DNA of 64,000 bases. It comes from a candidate division FCPU426 bacterium. GTDB lineage: Bacteria > Oederibacteriota > Muellerivitia > Muellerivitales > Muellerivitaceae. Under the pieces are notes generated by a model. It had not been told where the DNA came from. It was given only the letters and a program-made list of their open reading frames with translations, and made no database searches. Location: contig CAVYSE010000028.1 in NCBI GenBank assembly GCA_963771075.1, forward strand, positions 320,001-384,000, in the 5' to 3' direction. Positions 8,961-18,600 of the stretch are shown piece after piece (within the stretch, counting starts at the first letter, position 1; the number at the start of each line of letters is the position of its first letter). The translations under genes and the position numbers were made by a program.

Positions 8961-10991
8961 TCACTTGACCGGAGGTGTTTGGGGGGCCTCAGGGGGGCTA
9001 TCCAGTACCGGGGTAGGTGTCGGCTCGGGAACGGGGAAGTCAATGATATGTCGCTTGATCATTTCATGGGCGATAAAGTAAGCCACGATGTTGCAGAACT
9101 CGGGTGTGTAATGGCCGATACCCCCGCCCTCATCCGTGGGAAAATAGGTCGGCGTGGAAACAATGAAATCATCCACCAAGTCGATATAAGGCCAACCTTG
9201 TTGTTCGGCCACCGTTTTCCAGAAATTCCGGTATAGTTCCAAGGTTCCCGGAGCGTATCGGGATAGGGTCAAGGCCATTTGATACCGGACCGGTTTTCCA
9301 TCCCTGGTTTTTAATTTTCTCAGTTTTTCCGACAACATGCCTATAGGCTTCCCGAGTAATTCAAGTAAATCCTGGCGGATGGCCTTGTCGGTAATCGTCT
9401 TGTCCATATCCTCCATTTGAAAGGCAACATCGGACTTTGGGATGATCCACCCTTTCGCCTTGCATTTATTGTAAAAATCCTCCGGTAGGCCCTTGGGAAT
9501 CTTGTCCTTCCAAGGCTTCAAACCGTATTCCCCATCCCAATTCATTTCTGGAATTCCCTCGGGTGTCATGGGAAACCAGTAATAGCTGATGTAACCGTAA
9601 GTTGGGACAGTCCCGAAGAGATACAAGACCAAATCAATGTCAAATTTATTGACCAAATCGGGTACCTCATAATAGGGCCAAAGAAAAGAGGGCATTCCTT
9701 GATAGCCATGCCCCACGGACAGGACCTCATAATTCATCGGAACGTCATCCAGGGCCGCCTCGGTATTCAACAAAAGCTCCAACCTCTTGGGCATCGCCAA
9801 GATTCGGGAAGGCCCATAAGGTTGATTGGCCGGTTGATAAAAATATGAAAAGGTCAAGGAATCACCCACGATCAATATTCGATAGGTATGGGCGGGCTTT
9901 TTAAAAGGATAGGTGTAATCATTGAGGTTACTGACCGGGTTTCTTGAGTCCAAACCCCATTTCTCATGGATGTCAAAATCGTAATCTTTCAATCGTAGGA
10001 TGTTTTGACTAGTGCCTCCAGTCATGTAAAAACATCTTTCCTGGTTCGGGTCCGCCACGAACCCGGCGCTCTCCTCGTTAAAATGACATAGGTTGGTGAG
10101 ATAGGGACCCCAAGCCGAGGTAATATTCAAATCTCCTTGAGGAATCAGCCGCCCCCAGGGGGCTCCTTGGGAATCGGTCAAACAATAAAGTTTGTCGGCC
10201 CAGCTTGCCATCGCGAGAATATTCCCGTTGATCCCATTTTGTGAAATGATACTGACACTGGTGGAAAAACTGGCGGAAACAGTATTGGGGTGGCAATCAA
10301 CTTGGTAGGTAATCGAACCCATGCGGTTGGAGACGCAAAGATGTCCTTGATAGAGACAAAGGGCGGCGGGGTTTGGGAGATGTTGATCGTTTTTGAGGAT
10401 CACCTGGGTCAATCCGGTTTTAAGGTCTAGCCTCTTTAGAAAACCTTCAATGGGTTGGGTGAAATAGAGAGAGTCCTCGGTTGGGACATAGGTTAGGTTC
10501 CAGACGTCTGGGAGGGATGGATCTTTTGGTTTTCCATCCTTGTCTGGATCCAGTAACAGGGTGTTCACTTGCTTTTGATCCAAATCAAGGACTCGGATCT
10601 TAGCATTTCCTGAATCAAAGACCGCCAAACGGTTACCGGAAAGAAAGGCCAAGACCGTCGGTTTATTAAAGAGCGCCTGGTCGAAGGGGCCGTCTTTAAA
10701 ACCCGGCTTTCCTGACCCTGCCAGTGTCTCCACTCGGTTGTTTTCCTCCAGAAAAACAACCCGGACACAATGATTTTCCCGATCCGCTACGAAAAGTTCT
10801 GTCCCCTCGGGGTTGGTGGCCAGTCCCTGGGGATTGTTAAAAAGAGCGGATTGAAAAGGCCCATCCCGGTAACCCGTGTCACCTTCTCCCGCAACCAGGT
10901 CGTGATACTGAACGAGTGGTTTCAAGGCAAATGCATCGGATATCAAGCCGTTGCACAAGAGAAAAGCCAATAACAAAAGTCGAAAATTCAT
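8961..10991 (-). CDS. secreted NHL-repeat + SGNH-like domain protein (paralog 2)
   Basis: Start MNFRLLLL with GAGG RBS; FNNPQGLA...LFVADRENH; YRILIVGDS; GHYTP; Pro/Thr-rich tail. Confidence 0.78.
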   Translation of the reverse strand: MNFRLLLLAFLLCNGLISDAFALKPLVQYHDLVAGEGDTGYRDGPFQSALFNNPQGLATNPEGTELFVADRENHCVRVVFLEENNRVETLAGSGKPGFKDGPFDQALFNKPTVLAFLSGNRLAVFDSGNAKIRVLDLDQKQVNTLLLDPDKDGKPKDPSLPDVWNLTYVPTEDSLYFTQPIEGFLKRLDLKTGLTQVILKNDQHLPNPAALCLYQGHLCVSNRMGSITYQVDCHPNTVSASFSTSVSIISQNGINGNILAMASWADKLYCLTDSQGAPWGRLIPQGDLNITSAWGPYLTNLCHFNEESAGFVADPNQERCFYMTGGTSQNILRLKDYDFDIHEKWGLDSRNPVSNLNDYTYPFKKPAHTYRILIVGDSLTFSYFYQPANQPYGPSRILAMPKRLELLLNTEAALDDVPMNYEVLSVGHGYQGMPSFLWPYYEVPDLVNKFDIDLVLYLFGTVPTYGYISYYWFPMTPEGIPEMNWDGEYGLKPWKDKIPKGLPEDFYNKCKAKGWIIPKSDVAFQMEDMDKTITDKAIRQDLLELLGKPIGMLSEKLRKLKTRDGKPVRYQMALTLSRYAPGTLELYRNFWKTVAEQQGWPYIDLVDDFIVSTPTYFPTDEGGGIGHYTPEFCNIVAYFIAHEMIKRHIIDFPVPEPTPTPVLDSPPEAPQTPPVK

Positions 10992-11174
10992 CGTTTCCTC
11001 ATAATAAAGTCTGAAGAATCCTTTTTCACCAAGTGTAATTTCAATGGTGAACAAAATTCATATTATGTCTATCTTAGGGTACTATTCTAAGGTTATCGAC
11101 CCCCTTTCAAGATTGGAAGGGATATTCCTGGTGACCCCAAACCGCCGCCCTTCATTTTGAAAGGAACCCGCGTA

Positions 11175-13193
11175 ATGGAAAACTATTTTTCAAAACACAA
11201 CTCTTTGTTCTTTCTTCTCTTCTTCGCCGTACTCTTTCCACAAACGTCCTGGGCCCTCCGGCCCTATTCTTCCCGAATGGCGCTTGTTGCCGGCACGACC
11301 AGTCCAGGTTTCCAAGATGGGGATTTCTTAACCTCCACTTTTAACCGTCCACTGGGAATCACGATTAACCCGGATGGAACCGAACTATTTATCTCCGATA
11401 CGGACAATAACCGTATCCGAATTGTTCATTTGGACCAGAAAAACAACGTCACCACCTTATCCGGGGGTAGGCAAGCGGGAAATCAAAATGGTTCCTTGAC
11501 GGAAGCCCGGTTTAATAAACCCCAGCAAATCCTCTATCTGCCGGGGGACCGGCTGGCGGTGAATGACGCCGGTAATAAGCTTTTGCGCCTGGTGGACCTG
11601 AAGGCGGGGACGGTTTCCACCCTTGCCGGAAGCGCCTCCGCCACCTTGAATGAAGGCCCCGCAACCCAGGTATCCATGAGTTCCATCCAGGACATGGCCT
11701 ACTTTTCGGATCTCGATTCCATCCTTCTGGCTTTCTACGATAAGCCGGGGATTAAAAGGCTGGACCTGAAAAGCGGCACGCTGACCCAGATCAGCTCTGT
11801 TCCCACCAACGGCTTGAACCAGCTAAAACCAGGGGCCCTCCTGGTTTGGGACAAAAAGGTCTACCTTTCCGACAGCAGTTCCCCCAAGGTATTCGCCATG
11901 GAATTGAATGAGAAGGGCGTTGCCGATCCGGTATCCATCGCGACCGCCATGTCCTCGGTGATTGCCTTGGCGCAAAACGGAGGCATCCTGTATGCCCTTC
12001 AGAGAAACGACATGGACCCGATGGATCGGCTTCTTCCCTATCATTATCCGGTCACCTTTGTTTCCGACTGGGGCGACGCGGTACAGAATCCGGCCGGCCG
12101 TCTTCCCACTTTTAAGGACATCTTTAACAACGATTCTCATATGTCGTTTGTGACCGATCCAAACGACAAACGGAAATTTTACCTACTTAACCCTAGCTCG
12201 AATATCGTGACGTCCTTCCGGGATCTCTTTGGAACGGAATTCGCGGGTGGGGACGACCGCAATTACAACGGATTCAACGATTTCGCCTATCCCGAGATCA
12301 AACCGCCCCATACCTTCCGCATCATGCTGGTGGGCGATTCCCGTCCGACCGTAATCCACATGATTCTTTCGACCGATCCCACCCGGAGGCAGCTGACCCT
12401 CTGCAAGAGGATGGAGACCGAACTGAATATGTTGGCGGCCATTGACGACCAACCCCTCAATTACGAGGTGGAGTTCCTGGGACATTCCGCCGGTAACCCG
12501 TTATTCCATTGGCCCACCTACGAAGTCCCCCCCTTGGCCGCCAAAAACGACGTCGATTTGGTGATCCTTTTCATGACGGTGCTTGCGGGGGATAATCCCC
12601 TTTCCGCCTATTTCATGAGCCCCTTGACCAAAGAGGGGATTATGCCTTCCTACTATTACGATCCGGAATTCTGCATGAAACCGGCTGAGCAACGGATTTC
12701 CCCGGGGATCTTGAGGAAATTCTACGACCTCCTCAAGGCCCACCACCTGGTTCAAATCAAGGACAACAATTTCATATTGGACAACGCCCTCGAAAAGGAA
12801 CCGGACCTTCATGACACGGTAGTCCAGCTTTATGGAAAACCAGTCGCCGTGCTAAACCAAAGGCTATCCTCCATCAAAACTTCCTCAGGTAAGCCTGTGC
12901 GCCTGCTTCTTTGTTTCGTCCCCGACACCAACTACCTGATGGACTTTTCCCCCGAATCCAAAATCTGGGAGGACGCGGCCAGCCGGTTCAATTTTCCTTT
13001 TTTGAACCTTTTTCCCGAGGTCACGGCCACGAAGCTTTCCTTTTACCCTCAAGATGAGGAAAGCTGGGCGGGTCATTTCACCGCCAACGGCCACCTGTAC
13101 ATGGGTTCGCTTCTCGTGCACGACTTGATCAAAAAGGGCCTCATCCCCTGGGAAAAGAACCCCGAAGCCACTCCTACTATCGATGAAAAGTAA
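11175..13193 (+). CDS. secreted NHL-repeat + SGNH-like domain protein (paralog 3)
   Basis: Signal peptide; FNRPLGITI...ISDTDNNRIR; FRIMLVGDS; GHFTANGH. Confidence 0.78.
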   Translation: MENYFSKHNSLFFLLFFAVLFPQTSWALRPYSSRMALVAGTTSPGFQDGDFLTSTFNRPLGITINPDGTELFISDTDNNRIRIVHLDQKNNVTTLSGGRQAGNQNGSLTEARFNKPQQILYLPGDRLAVNDAGNKLLRLVDLKAGTVSTLAGSASATLNEGPATQVSMSSIQDMAYFSDLDSILLAFYDKPGIKRLDLKSGTLTQISSVPTNGLNQLKPGALLVWDKKVYLSDSSSPKVFAMELNEKGVADPVSIATAMSSVIALAQNGGILYALQRNDMDPMDRLLPYHYPVTFVSDWGDAVQNPAGRLPTFKDIFNNDSHMSFVTDPNDKRKFYLLNPSSNIVTSFRDLFGTEFAGGDDRNYNGFNDFAYPEIKPPHTFRIMLVGDSRPTVIHMILSTDPTRRQLTLCKRMETELNMLAAIDDQPLNYEVEFLGHSAGNPLFHWPTYEVPPLAAKNDVDLVILFMTVLAGDNPLSAYFMSPLTKEGIMPSYYYDPEFCMKPAEQRISPGILRKFYDLLKAHHLVQIKDNNFILDNALEKEPDLHDTVVQLYGKPVAVLNQRLSSIKTSSGKPVRLLLCFVPDTNYLMDFSPESKIWEDAASRFNFPFLNLFPEVTATKLSFYPQDEESWAGHFTANGHLYMGSLLVHDLIKKGLIPWEKNPEATPTIDEK

Positions 13194-13310
13194 TATCGCC
13201 CTTTTCTTAAGGGATAAAAGTGGCTCACCCCTTCGGCCTATCCCGGCCGATGACATCGGGTAAATTGCTTCCGTCCACCGAATAAAAACCGCACGGTGCA
13301 AAAAAGAAAC

Positions 13311-14180
13311 ATGGACAAATATATATCTTCCAAGTTAGATTCCGCTTACCGTTCCTGTGAACAACAATCCTTCTCCCATTATGAGAATTTCCCCGTAGCC
13401 TCCCTTTTGCTTCCAAAGGTTGTCCGCCCCCATGTGGCCGCCCTCTATGTCTTCGCCCGCACCGCCGATGATTTTGCCGATGAGCCCCGTTTTGAGGGCC
13501 GTCGGTTGGGGGAAATCAACCGATGGGAGAGGGCTTTACGGGACAGCCTGCAAGGAAAACCTTCCCCTCCCGAGCTCGAGGCCTTTGCTCACACCCTTCA
13601 AACCTTTCATATCCCGCTTTCCCTACCGCTTGACCTTCTGAAAGCCTACCGAATGGATGTGGCGCACCGCCGATATTCGACATGGAAAGCCCTTCTTTAT
13701 TACTGCCGGCATAGCGCCAACCCGGTCGGGCGGATGATGCTATTGATCATGGGTTATCGGGATAAAATGCTTCACCGTTGGTCGGATTATATTTGTTCCG
13801 GGCTCCAGCTCATCAACTTCTGGCAGGACACAGCCATCGATTTAAAAAGAAAGCGGATTTATTATCCCTTGGAGGAATTGAAAAGCTCAGGCGTCAAATC
13901 CTCGGATTTGCTGGCCCTTCGGGATTCCCCCCAGGTTCGGGTGCTCGTGCGCTCATGCGTGAACTATACGGAAAACTATTTCCGTTCGGGCTATCCACTG
14001 CTTTCCCACGTTCGAGGGCGGTTTCGGCTGGAACTTCAGGCAACTTACCTGGGCGGTCAGGGAATCCTCTCTAAAATACGCGCCCTGGATTACAATGTGA
14101 TTCAGAATCGCCCGTTTTGGAACCGGTTCGATAAAGGGGAGCTGGCTATCAAGGCGCTCCTGGGTTTCATTCGCCCCTAA
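13311..14180 (+). CDS. hpnC: squalene synthase HpnC
   Basis: HYENFPVAS, ARTADDFADE, SANPVGR and QLINFWQD motifs; start may be 13296 or 13311. Confidence 0.9.
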   Translation: MDKYISSKLDSAYRSCEQQSFSHYENFPVASLLLPKVVRPHVAALYVFARTADDFADEPRFEGRRLGEINRWERALRDSLQGKPSPPELEAFAHTLQTFHIPLSLPLDLLKAYRMDVAHRRYSTWKALLYYCRHSANPVGRMMLLIMGYRDKMLHRWSDYICSGLQLINFWQDTAIDLKRKRIYYPLEELKSSGVKSSDLLALRDSPQVRVLVRSCVNYTENYFRSGYPLLSHVRGRFRLELQATYLGGQGILSKIRALDYNVIQNRPFWNRFDKGELAIKALLGFIRP

Positions 14181-14218
14181 AACTAAAGCTCTCTATTAAA
14201 TTCCCAAGAGGAAGCGGC

Positions 14219-15073
14219 TTGAACCTCCAACATGGGTCGCTGGAAAAAAAATCCAGTTTTTATTTCCCCCTCCTTTTGCTTCCCTCCCGGCAAAGGGCCG
14301 CGATGGAGGAACTTTACCGTTTTTGCTGGACCGCGGACGAGATCGCGGACGCTCCCCACCCCCTTTCCGAAAGAAAGCGATTAATCCAACAACTGGCCCA
14401 GGAGCTACGTAGGGCTTTCCAGGGAAAAGCCAAGGCGGATTGGATGAAATCCTTTCAAGGGGTCATCCAGGATTTCCAACTTTCCCCCGAGCCCCTGGAG
14501 AGCATCCTGAAGGGGGTCGCGAGGGATTTTAAACAAGTCCGTTTCAATGAGTTCAAGGAACTATATTCCTACGCCCTTCAAGTGGCGGGTGGTCCCGGCC
14601 TGGCGAGTATGGAGATTTTCGGTTTCCGGGACGAGCCCCATCGCCTTTACGCCGAAAATCTGGGTGTTTTTCTTCAGTTGGTCAACATTACCCGGGATTA
14701 CAAGGAAGATCTGGAATTAGGACGCGTTTATTTTCCCGCGAAGGACTTCCGCCGGTTCCATTTGACCCCGGGTAAAATCGAAAGGGAAAATTCCCATTGG
14801 CCCCTCTTCGTTCGATTCCAGTTGGATCGGGCTTGGAGCTTCCTGGCCTTTTCCCGATCCGCCCTTTCCAGCCGTCAAAGGGCTTGTTTGACCACCGCCG
14901 AAGCGATCGCGGCGGTCTACGTAAAGCTTTACCAGCGCCTTTACGACCAGCCCCATAAGATCCTGGAGGAAAAAAGGTCTCTTTCCCGATCGGACAAATT
15001 GTTGTCCGTCGTTGGTGCACTGGGCCGTTGCGCCTTGGGGAGCGTCCTGCCAGATTCAAAAGGGAAGCCATGA
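14219..15073 (+). CDS. hpnD: presqualene diphosphate synthase HpnD
   Basis: SSFY, ADEIAD, QLVNITRDYKED...GRVYFP; lies between hpnC and hpnE. Confidence 0.85.
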   Translation: MNLQHGSLEKKSSFYFPLLLLPSRQRAAMEELYRFCWTADEIADAPHPLSERKRLIQQLAQELRRAFQGKAKADWMKSFQGVIQDFQLSPEPLESILKGVARDFKQVRFNEFKELYSYALQVAGGPGLASMEIFGFRDEPHRLYAENLGVFLQLVNITRDYKEDLELGRVYFPAKDFRRFHLTPGKIERENSHWPLFVRFQLDRAWSFLAFSRSALSSRQRACLTTAEAIAAVYVKLYQRLYDQPHKILEEKRSLSRSDKLLSVVGALGRCALGSVLPDSKGKP

Positions 15074-15074
15074 C

Positions 15075-16412
15075 ATGAGCCAAGTGATCGTGGTAGGAGG
15101 GGGATATGCCGGGATTTCAGCCGCCACCGCCCTTGCCGAGCGGGAAATAGGCGTGACCCTGTTGGAAACCCGTTCTTCCCTGGGAGGGCGGGTTTACACC
15201 ATTCCACCCTCCAATTACTTTCCGGCCCCTTGCGATAACGGACCCCATCTTTTTATGGGATGCTACCAGGATACGTGGAAGCTTTTTGACCGATTAGGCG
15301 TCGAAAACGCCTTTCATTGGATCAACCCGCTGGAAATCACATGGATGACCCAAGGAGGTATTCCGGCTTCCTTTACTTGCGCGGATCTTCCGGCACCCCT
15401 CCATTTAGCGGTCGGATTAATCCGGTCCAAGGTTTTTCCCTGGCGTGAAAAACTTTCGCTGGCCCTGGCCCTTCGTCATTTCTCACAGAAACCCTTTTCT
15501 TTACCTCCCGGAGTTCTCACCCTGGCTCAGTTCCTCGACCGGACCCGCCAGGGGCCCCTCTCCCGGGAAAGGTTTTGGGACCCCCTTTGCCGTGCGGTCA
15601 TGAACCTCCAGCCCGATCTTGCCTCCTTGCCGGAATTCGGGGAGGCCTTGCACCGCGCTTTTTTTGGGAAACGTTCGGAATGCACGATGGCTATTCCCTC
15701 AAAGCCCCTCAGTGAGCTGGGCTTTCCCCTGGTAGAAGACTACCTGACAAAAAGAGGTGGATTGGTTCATCGTGGAGATGGGGCTCGCCGTCTTCGCCTG
15801 GCCAGCGGGCCCTTTAAGGTTGAAACCGCCTCTGGCATGGTTTACACCGGGGACGCGCTGGTTCTGGCCCTTCCTCCCCGCTCGTTGGAATCCCTCTGGG
15901 CCACGTCCGGTCTTACCCCTCCCCTATCCTCTGAAAGGATGGGACGATCTCCCATCCTTTCAGTAAATCTTATTTTGGACCACCCCGTGATGGAAGGCCA
16001 TTGGGCGGGTCTCCCAGGCGCCCATTTCGAGTGGGTTTTCAATCGGAATTCCAACTGGGCATACGCCGGACCCGGCCAATACCTGAGCCTGGTATCCAGT
16101 GCGGACCCGGGCCTCGCCTCGAGGAACGAAAAGGAGATCCTGATCCTGGCCCTGGAAGAACTTCAGCGCCATTTCCCCTTGGCCCAAACGGCCCAACGGA
16201 TTCATTCCAAGGTAGTCAAGGAAATGGCCGCCACCCTATCCTTGACTCCGGCTATTTCCACTTTGCGGCCGAAATGCGAATCGGCTTTTGAGGACGTTTT
16301 CTTGGCCGGGGATTTCACGGCCACTGGGTTGCCAGCCACCATCGAGGGCGCTTGTTTCTCGGGCCACCGGGCGGCCGATAAGGTAACGGATTATTTAAAA
16401 TCAAACACGTGA
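15075..16412 (+). CDS. hpnE: hydroxysqualene dehydroxylase HpnE (FAD-dependent)
   Basis: VVGGGYAG, LGGR, DNGPHLFMGCY and LAGDFTATGLPATIEGA motifs. Confidence 0.9.
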   Translation: MSQVIVVGGGYAGISAATALAEREIGVTLLETRSSLGGRVYTIPPSNYFPAPCDNGPHLFMGCYQDTWKLFDRLGVENAFHWINPLEITWMTQGGIPASFTCADLPAPLHLAVGLIRSKVFPWREKLSLALALRHFSQKPFSLPPGVLTLAQFLDRTRQGPLSRERFWDPLCRAVMNLQPDLASLPEFGEALHRAFFGKRSECTMAIPSKPLSELGFPLVEDYLTKRGGLVHRGDGARRLRLASGPFKVETASGMVYTGDALVLALPPRSLESLWATSGLTPPLSSERMGRSPILSVNLILDHPVMEGHWAGLPGAHFEWVFNRNSNWAYAGPGQYLSLVSSADPGLASRNEKEILILALEELQRHFPLAQTAQRIHSKVVKEMAATLSLTPAISTLRPKCESAFEDVFLAGDFTATGLPATIEGACFSGHRAADKVTDYLKSNT

Positions 16413-16413
16413 A

Positions 16414-18534
16414 ATGGAAATGATGCCCTTTCTTCGCCGGCAAAGATTTTTTTTCTTTCCCTCCGCTTCCTGGACTTCGTTCAGTTTATTTTTAATATCA
16501 AATTCTTTTCTGTCGCATGGCTCTCTCGACTGGAAATCCAAACTGCTACTGGGATTCACCGGTCTTTTATTCCCCTTTTTAATTCTCCTTTTCAAACCTT
16601 ACCACCCACTTCCCGGGCCCGAGGGGTGTCAAGAAAAAGAGATTCCCCCCTTATCCCTGTTTTTTTGGATTCTCCTGCTTTTGGCGGCTGGGTACCTGCG
16701 TTTTCACGACCTCACCACCCTCTGCACCTGGCCATTCGTGGACGAAGGACGTTTCGGGTATTTCTCCCTTTGTTTGAGTGAGAAGTGGAGATGGAATCTT
16801 TTTTTTGACCAAACCCAAATTCCCCCTTTTTACTACTGGGGGCTAGGGTTGTTCTTCAAGGTATTCGGGCCATCTCTCCAGAATTTGTGGCTTTTCCCGG
16901 CGATCCTGTCTTTATCGGCTATCCCTCTGGTTTATTTCGCTTCCCGGCTTTTTTTTCCATCTTCGCGTTCGGTATGCGTTACCCTTTTCTGGGCCTTGAG
17001 TTACTGGCCCCTTTTTACCGGTCGTCAAAGCTCATTTTTGTCGCTTCTCCTCCTTTGGCAATTGTTGGCTTTTTATGTTTTGGGTTTATATCTGCGACAA
17101 GAACAACGAGGGTCCCATAAAGCGCAGGCTTTGATTTTGGGCCTCGTTCTAGGCGCCGGGTTTTACGTCAGCGTCCACTGGGTGTTTATGGCCGCTTGGA
17201 CCACCCTGGTCGTGGGGTTCCACCAATTTCGGAAACCCGTCAAAAGCCTCCTCCCTGTGATTTATTTTGGGGGCCCACTTCTTTTATTGCCACTGCCGAT
17301 CTTGGTTGCCTTCCTGACGGGGGATCACGGCTCCTATTTGCAATCCCTCAGCGTTTTTAGCAATGATTTTCAATGGTCTAAACAGGTGCACATTTGGTGG
17401 AAATACATGAGTACCCCGATTTGGGGGGACCCGAATGAACGCCTGGGTTATAACCCGATTTGGGGGGGGTATCTAAATCCCGTGGCGGGCGCATTCTTTT
17501 TATTCGGATTAGCGGAAACATTCCGGAATTTTAAGCAACCGAAGAATTTAGGACTTTTATCGGGTTTTGCTTTTTTCGCATTGCCTGGACTCATGACCTG
17601 CCAATATGAACCTTTTCGCCTTCTTCTCATCCTTCCGGTCCTTGCGTCGATAACCGGACTAGGTATTTGGAAATTATTCACCGAATCAGATAAAGCTACT
17701 TCAAGGCTATTTTGCGTTCTCTTATTGGTTACTTCGATCGCTTTGGATATATACCATTTGGATGGCCCTTACCAACACCTGTGGCGTACCGATTGGAAAG
17801 CCGCGCATATATCATCCAAACTATTGGAACGATGGAAAGCTTTCGAAATTCTCTCATCCATCGAAAGAAAATCGGGCCCGGGTCTTATATTCACGGAATT
17901 TGATCAAACACTCATTGATCAAACCTTAACCACCGCTCTTTATCCCTTTAACGCGTCGCGGAATCCCTCCCTCTCCCCCGATCAGGCCCGTTGGGCGAGT
18001 CTCCTGACCAACATCAATTACGCCCCTTTCCTGAACAAACGCTTTCCCGATTCCAAATGGTTTCCCTTATCGTCCGATCAAGACCCGTCCCATGCGACCC
18101 TGGTCCTGGGCATTATCCCGGTGGAACCCGAAAACAAAAAAACGTTCCTTCATTGGCTTGAAATCGAGAGAAGCCTCCGTCCCGAAACCTTTGAATGGCT
18201 CCAAATCCCTTTGAACCGGACCAGCCCCCACTTGAGCCAATGGCTTTACCCGATTCTTTCCATGACAGAAAAGGACCCTTTTTTGGAATCTTGTCTGGGA
18301 GAAAGGCTTTTTTATGCCGAAATGACCAACGCTCATTGGAACGATGTATTCAAGGTTCTTCAACGGGCCATCACCTTGGGCTACCCATCCGCCAATCTAT
18401 ACAATGATTTGGGTGTTTATTGGTTCGCGATGGGGAATCCCGACAAAGCCCGCGAAGCCTTTCAAGCCGCTAGGCGTTCACCCCTCCATTACATCGGCTC
18501 TCCCTATAATCCTCAGGTCACGACCCATCCCTAA
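16414..18534 (+). CDS. GT-C (ArnT/PMT-like) membrane glycosyltransferase with C-terminal TPR (paralog 1)
   Basis: Many TM helices; LRF..L...WPFVDEG and PPFYYW; TPR-like LYNDLGVYWF...AREAF. Confidence 0.65.
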   Translation: MEMMPFLRRQRFFFFPSASWTSFSLFLISNSFLSHGSLDWKSKLLLGFTGLLFPFLILLFKPYHPLPGPEGCQEKEIPPLSLFFWILLLLAAGYLRFHDLTTLCTWPFVDEGRFGYFSLCLSEKWRWNLFFDQTQIPPFYYWGLGLFFKVFGPSLQNLWLFPAILSLSAIPLVYFASRLFFPSSRSVCVTLFWALSYWPLFTGRQSSFLSLLLLWQLLAFYVLGLYLRQEQRGSHKAQALILGLVLGAGFYVSVHWVFMAAWTTLVVGFHQFRKPVKSLLPVIYFGGPLLLLPLPILVAFLTGDHGSYLQSLSVFSNDFQWSKQVHIWWKYMSTPIWGDPNERLGYNPIWGGYLNPVAGAFFLFGLAETFRNFKQPKNLGLLSGFAFFALPGLMTCQYEPFRLLLILPVLASITGLGIWKLFTESDKATSRLFCVLLLVTSIALDIYHLDGPYQHLWRTDWKAAHISSKLLERWKAFEILSSIERKSGPGLIFTEFDQTLIDQTLTTALYPFNASRNPSLSPDQARWASLLTNINYAPFLNKRFPDSKWFPLSSDQDPSHATLVLGIIPVEPENKKTFLHWLEIERSLRPETFEWLQIPLNRTSPHLSQWLYPILSMTEKDPFLESCLGERLFYAEMTNAHWNDVFKVLQRAITLGYPSANLYNDLGVYWFAMGNPDKAREAFQAARRSPLHYIGSPYNPQVTTHP

Positions 18535-18600
18535 ACACCCCGGGTATTCCCGGTACCCTACAAGCACCCCTTCTCGAAGGGTTGAGGTAAAATGAACCGG

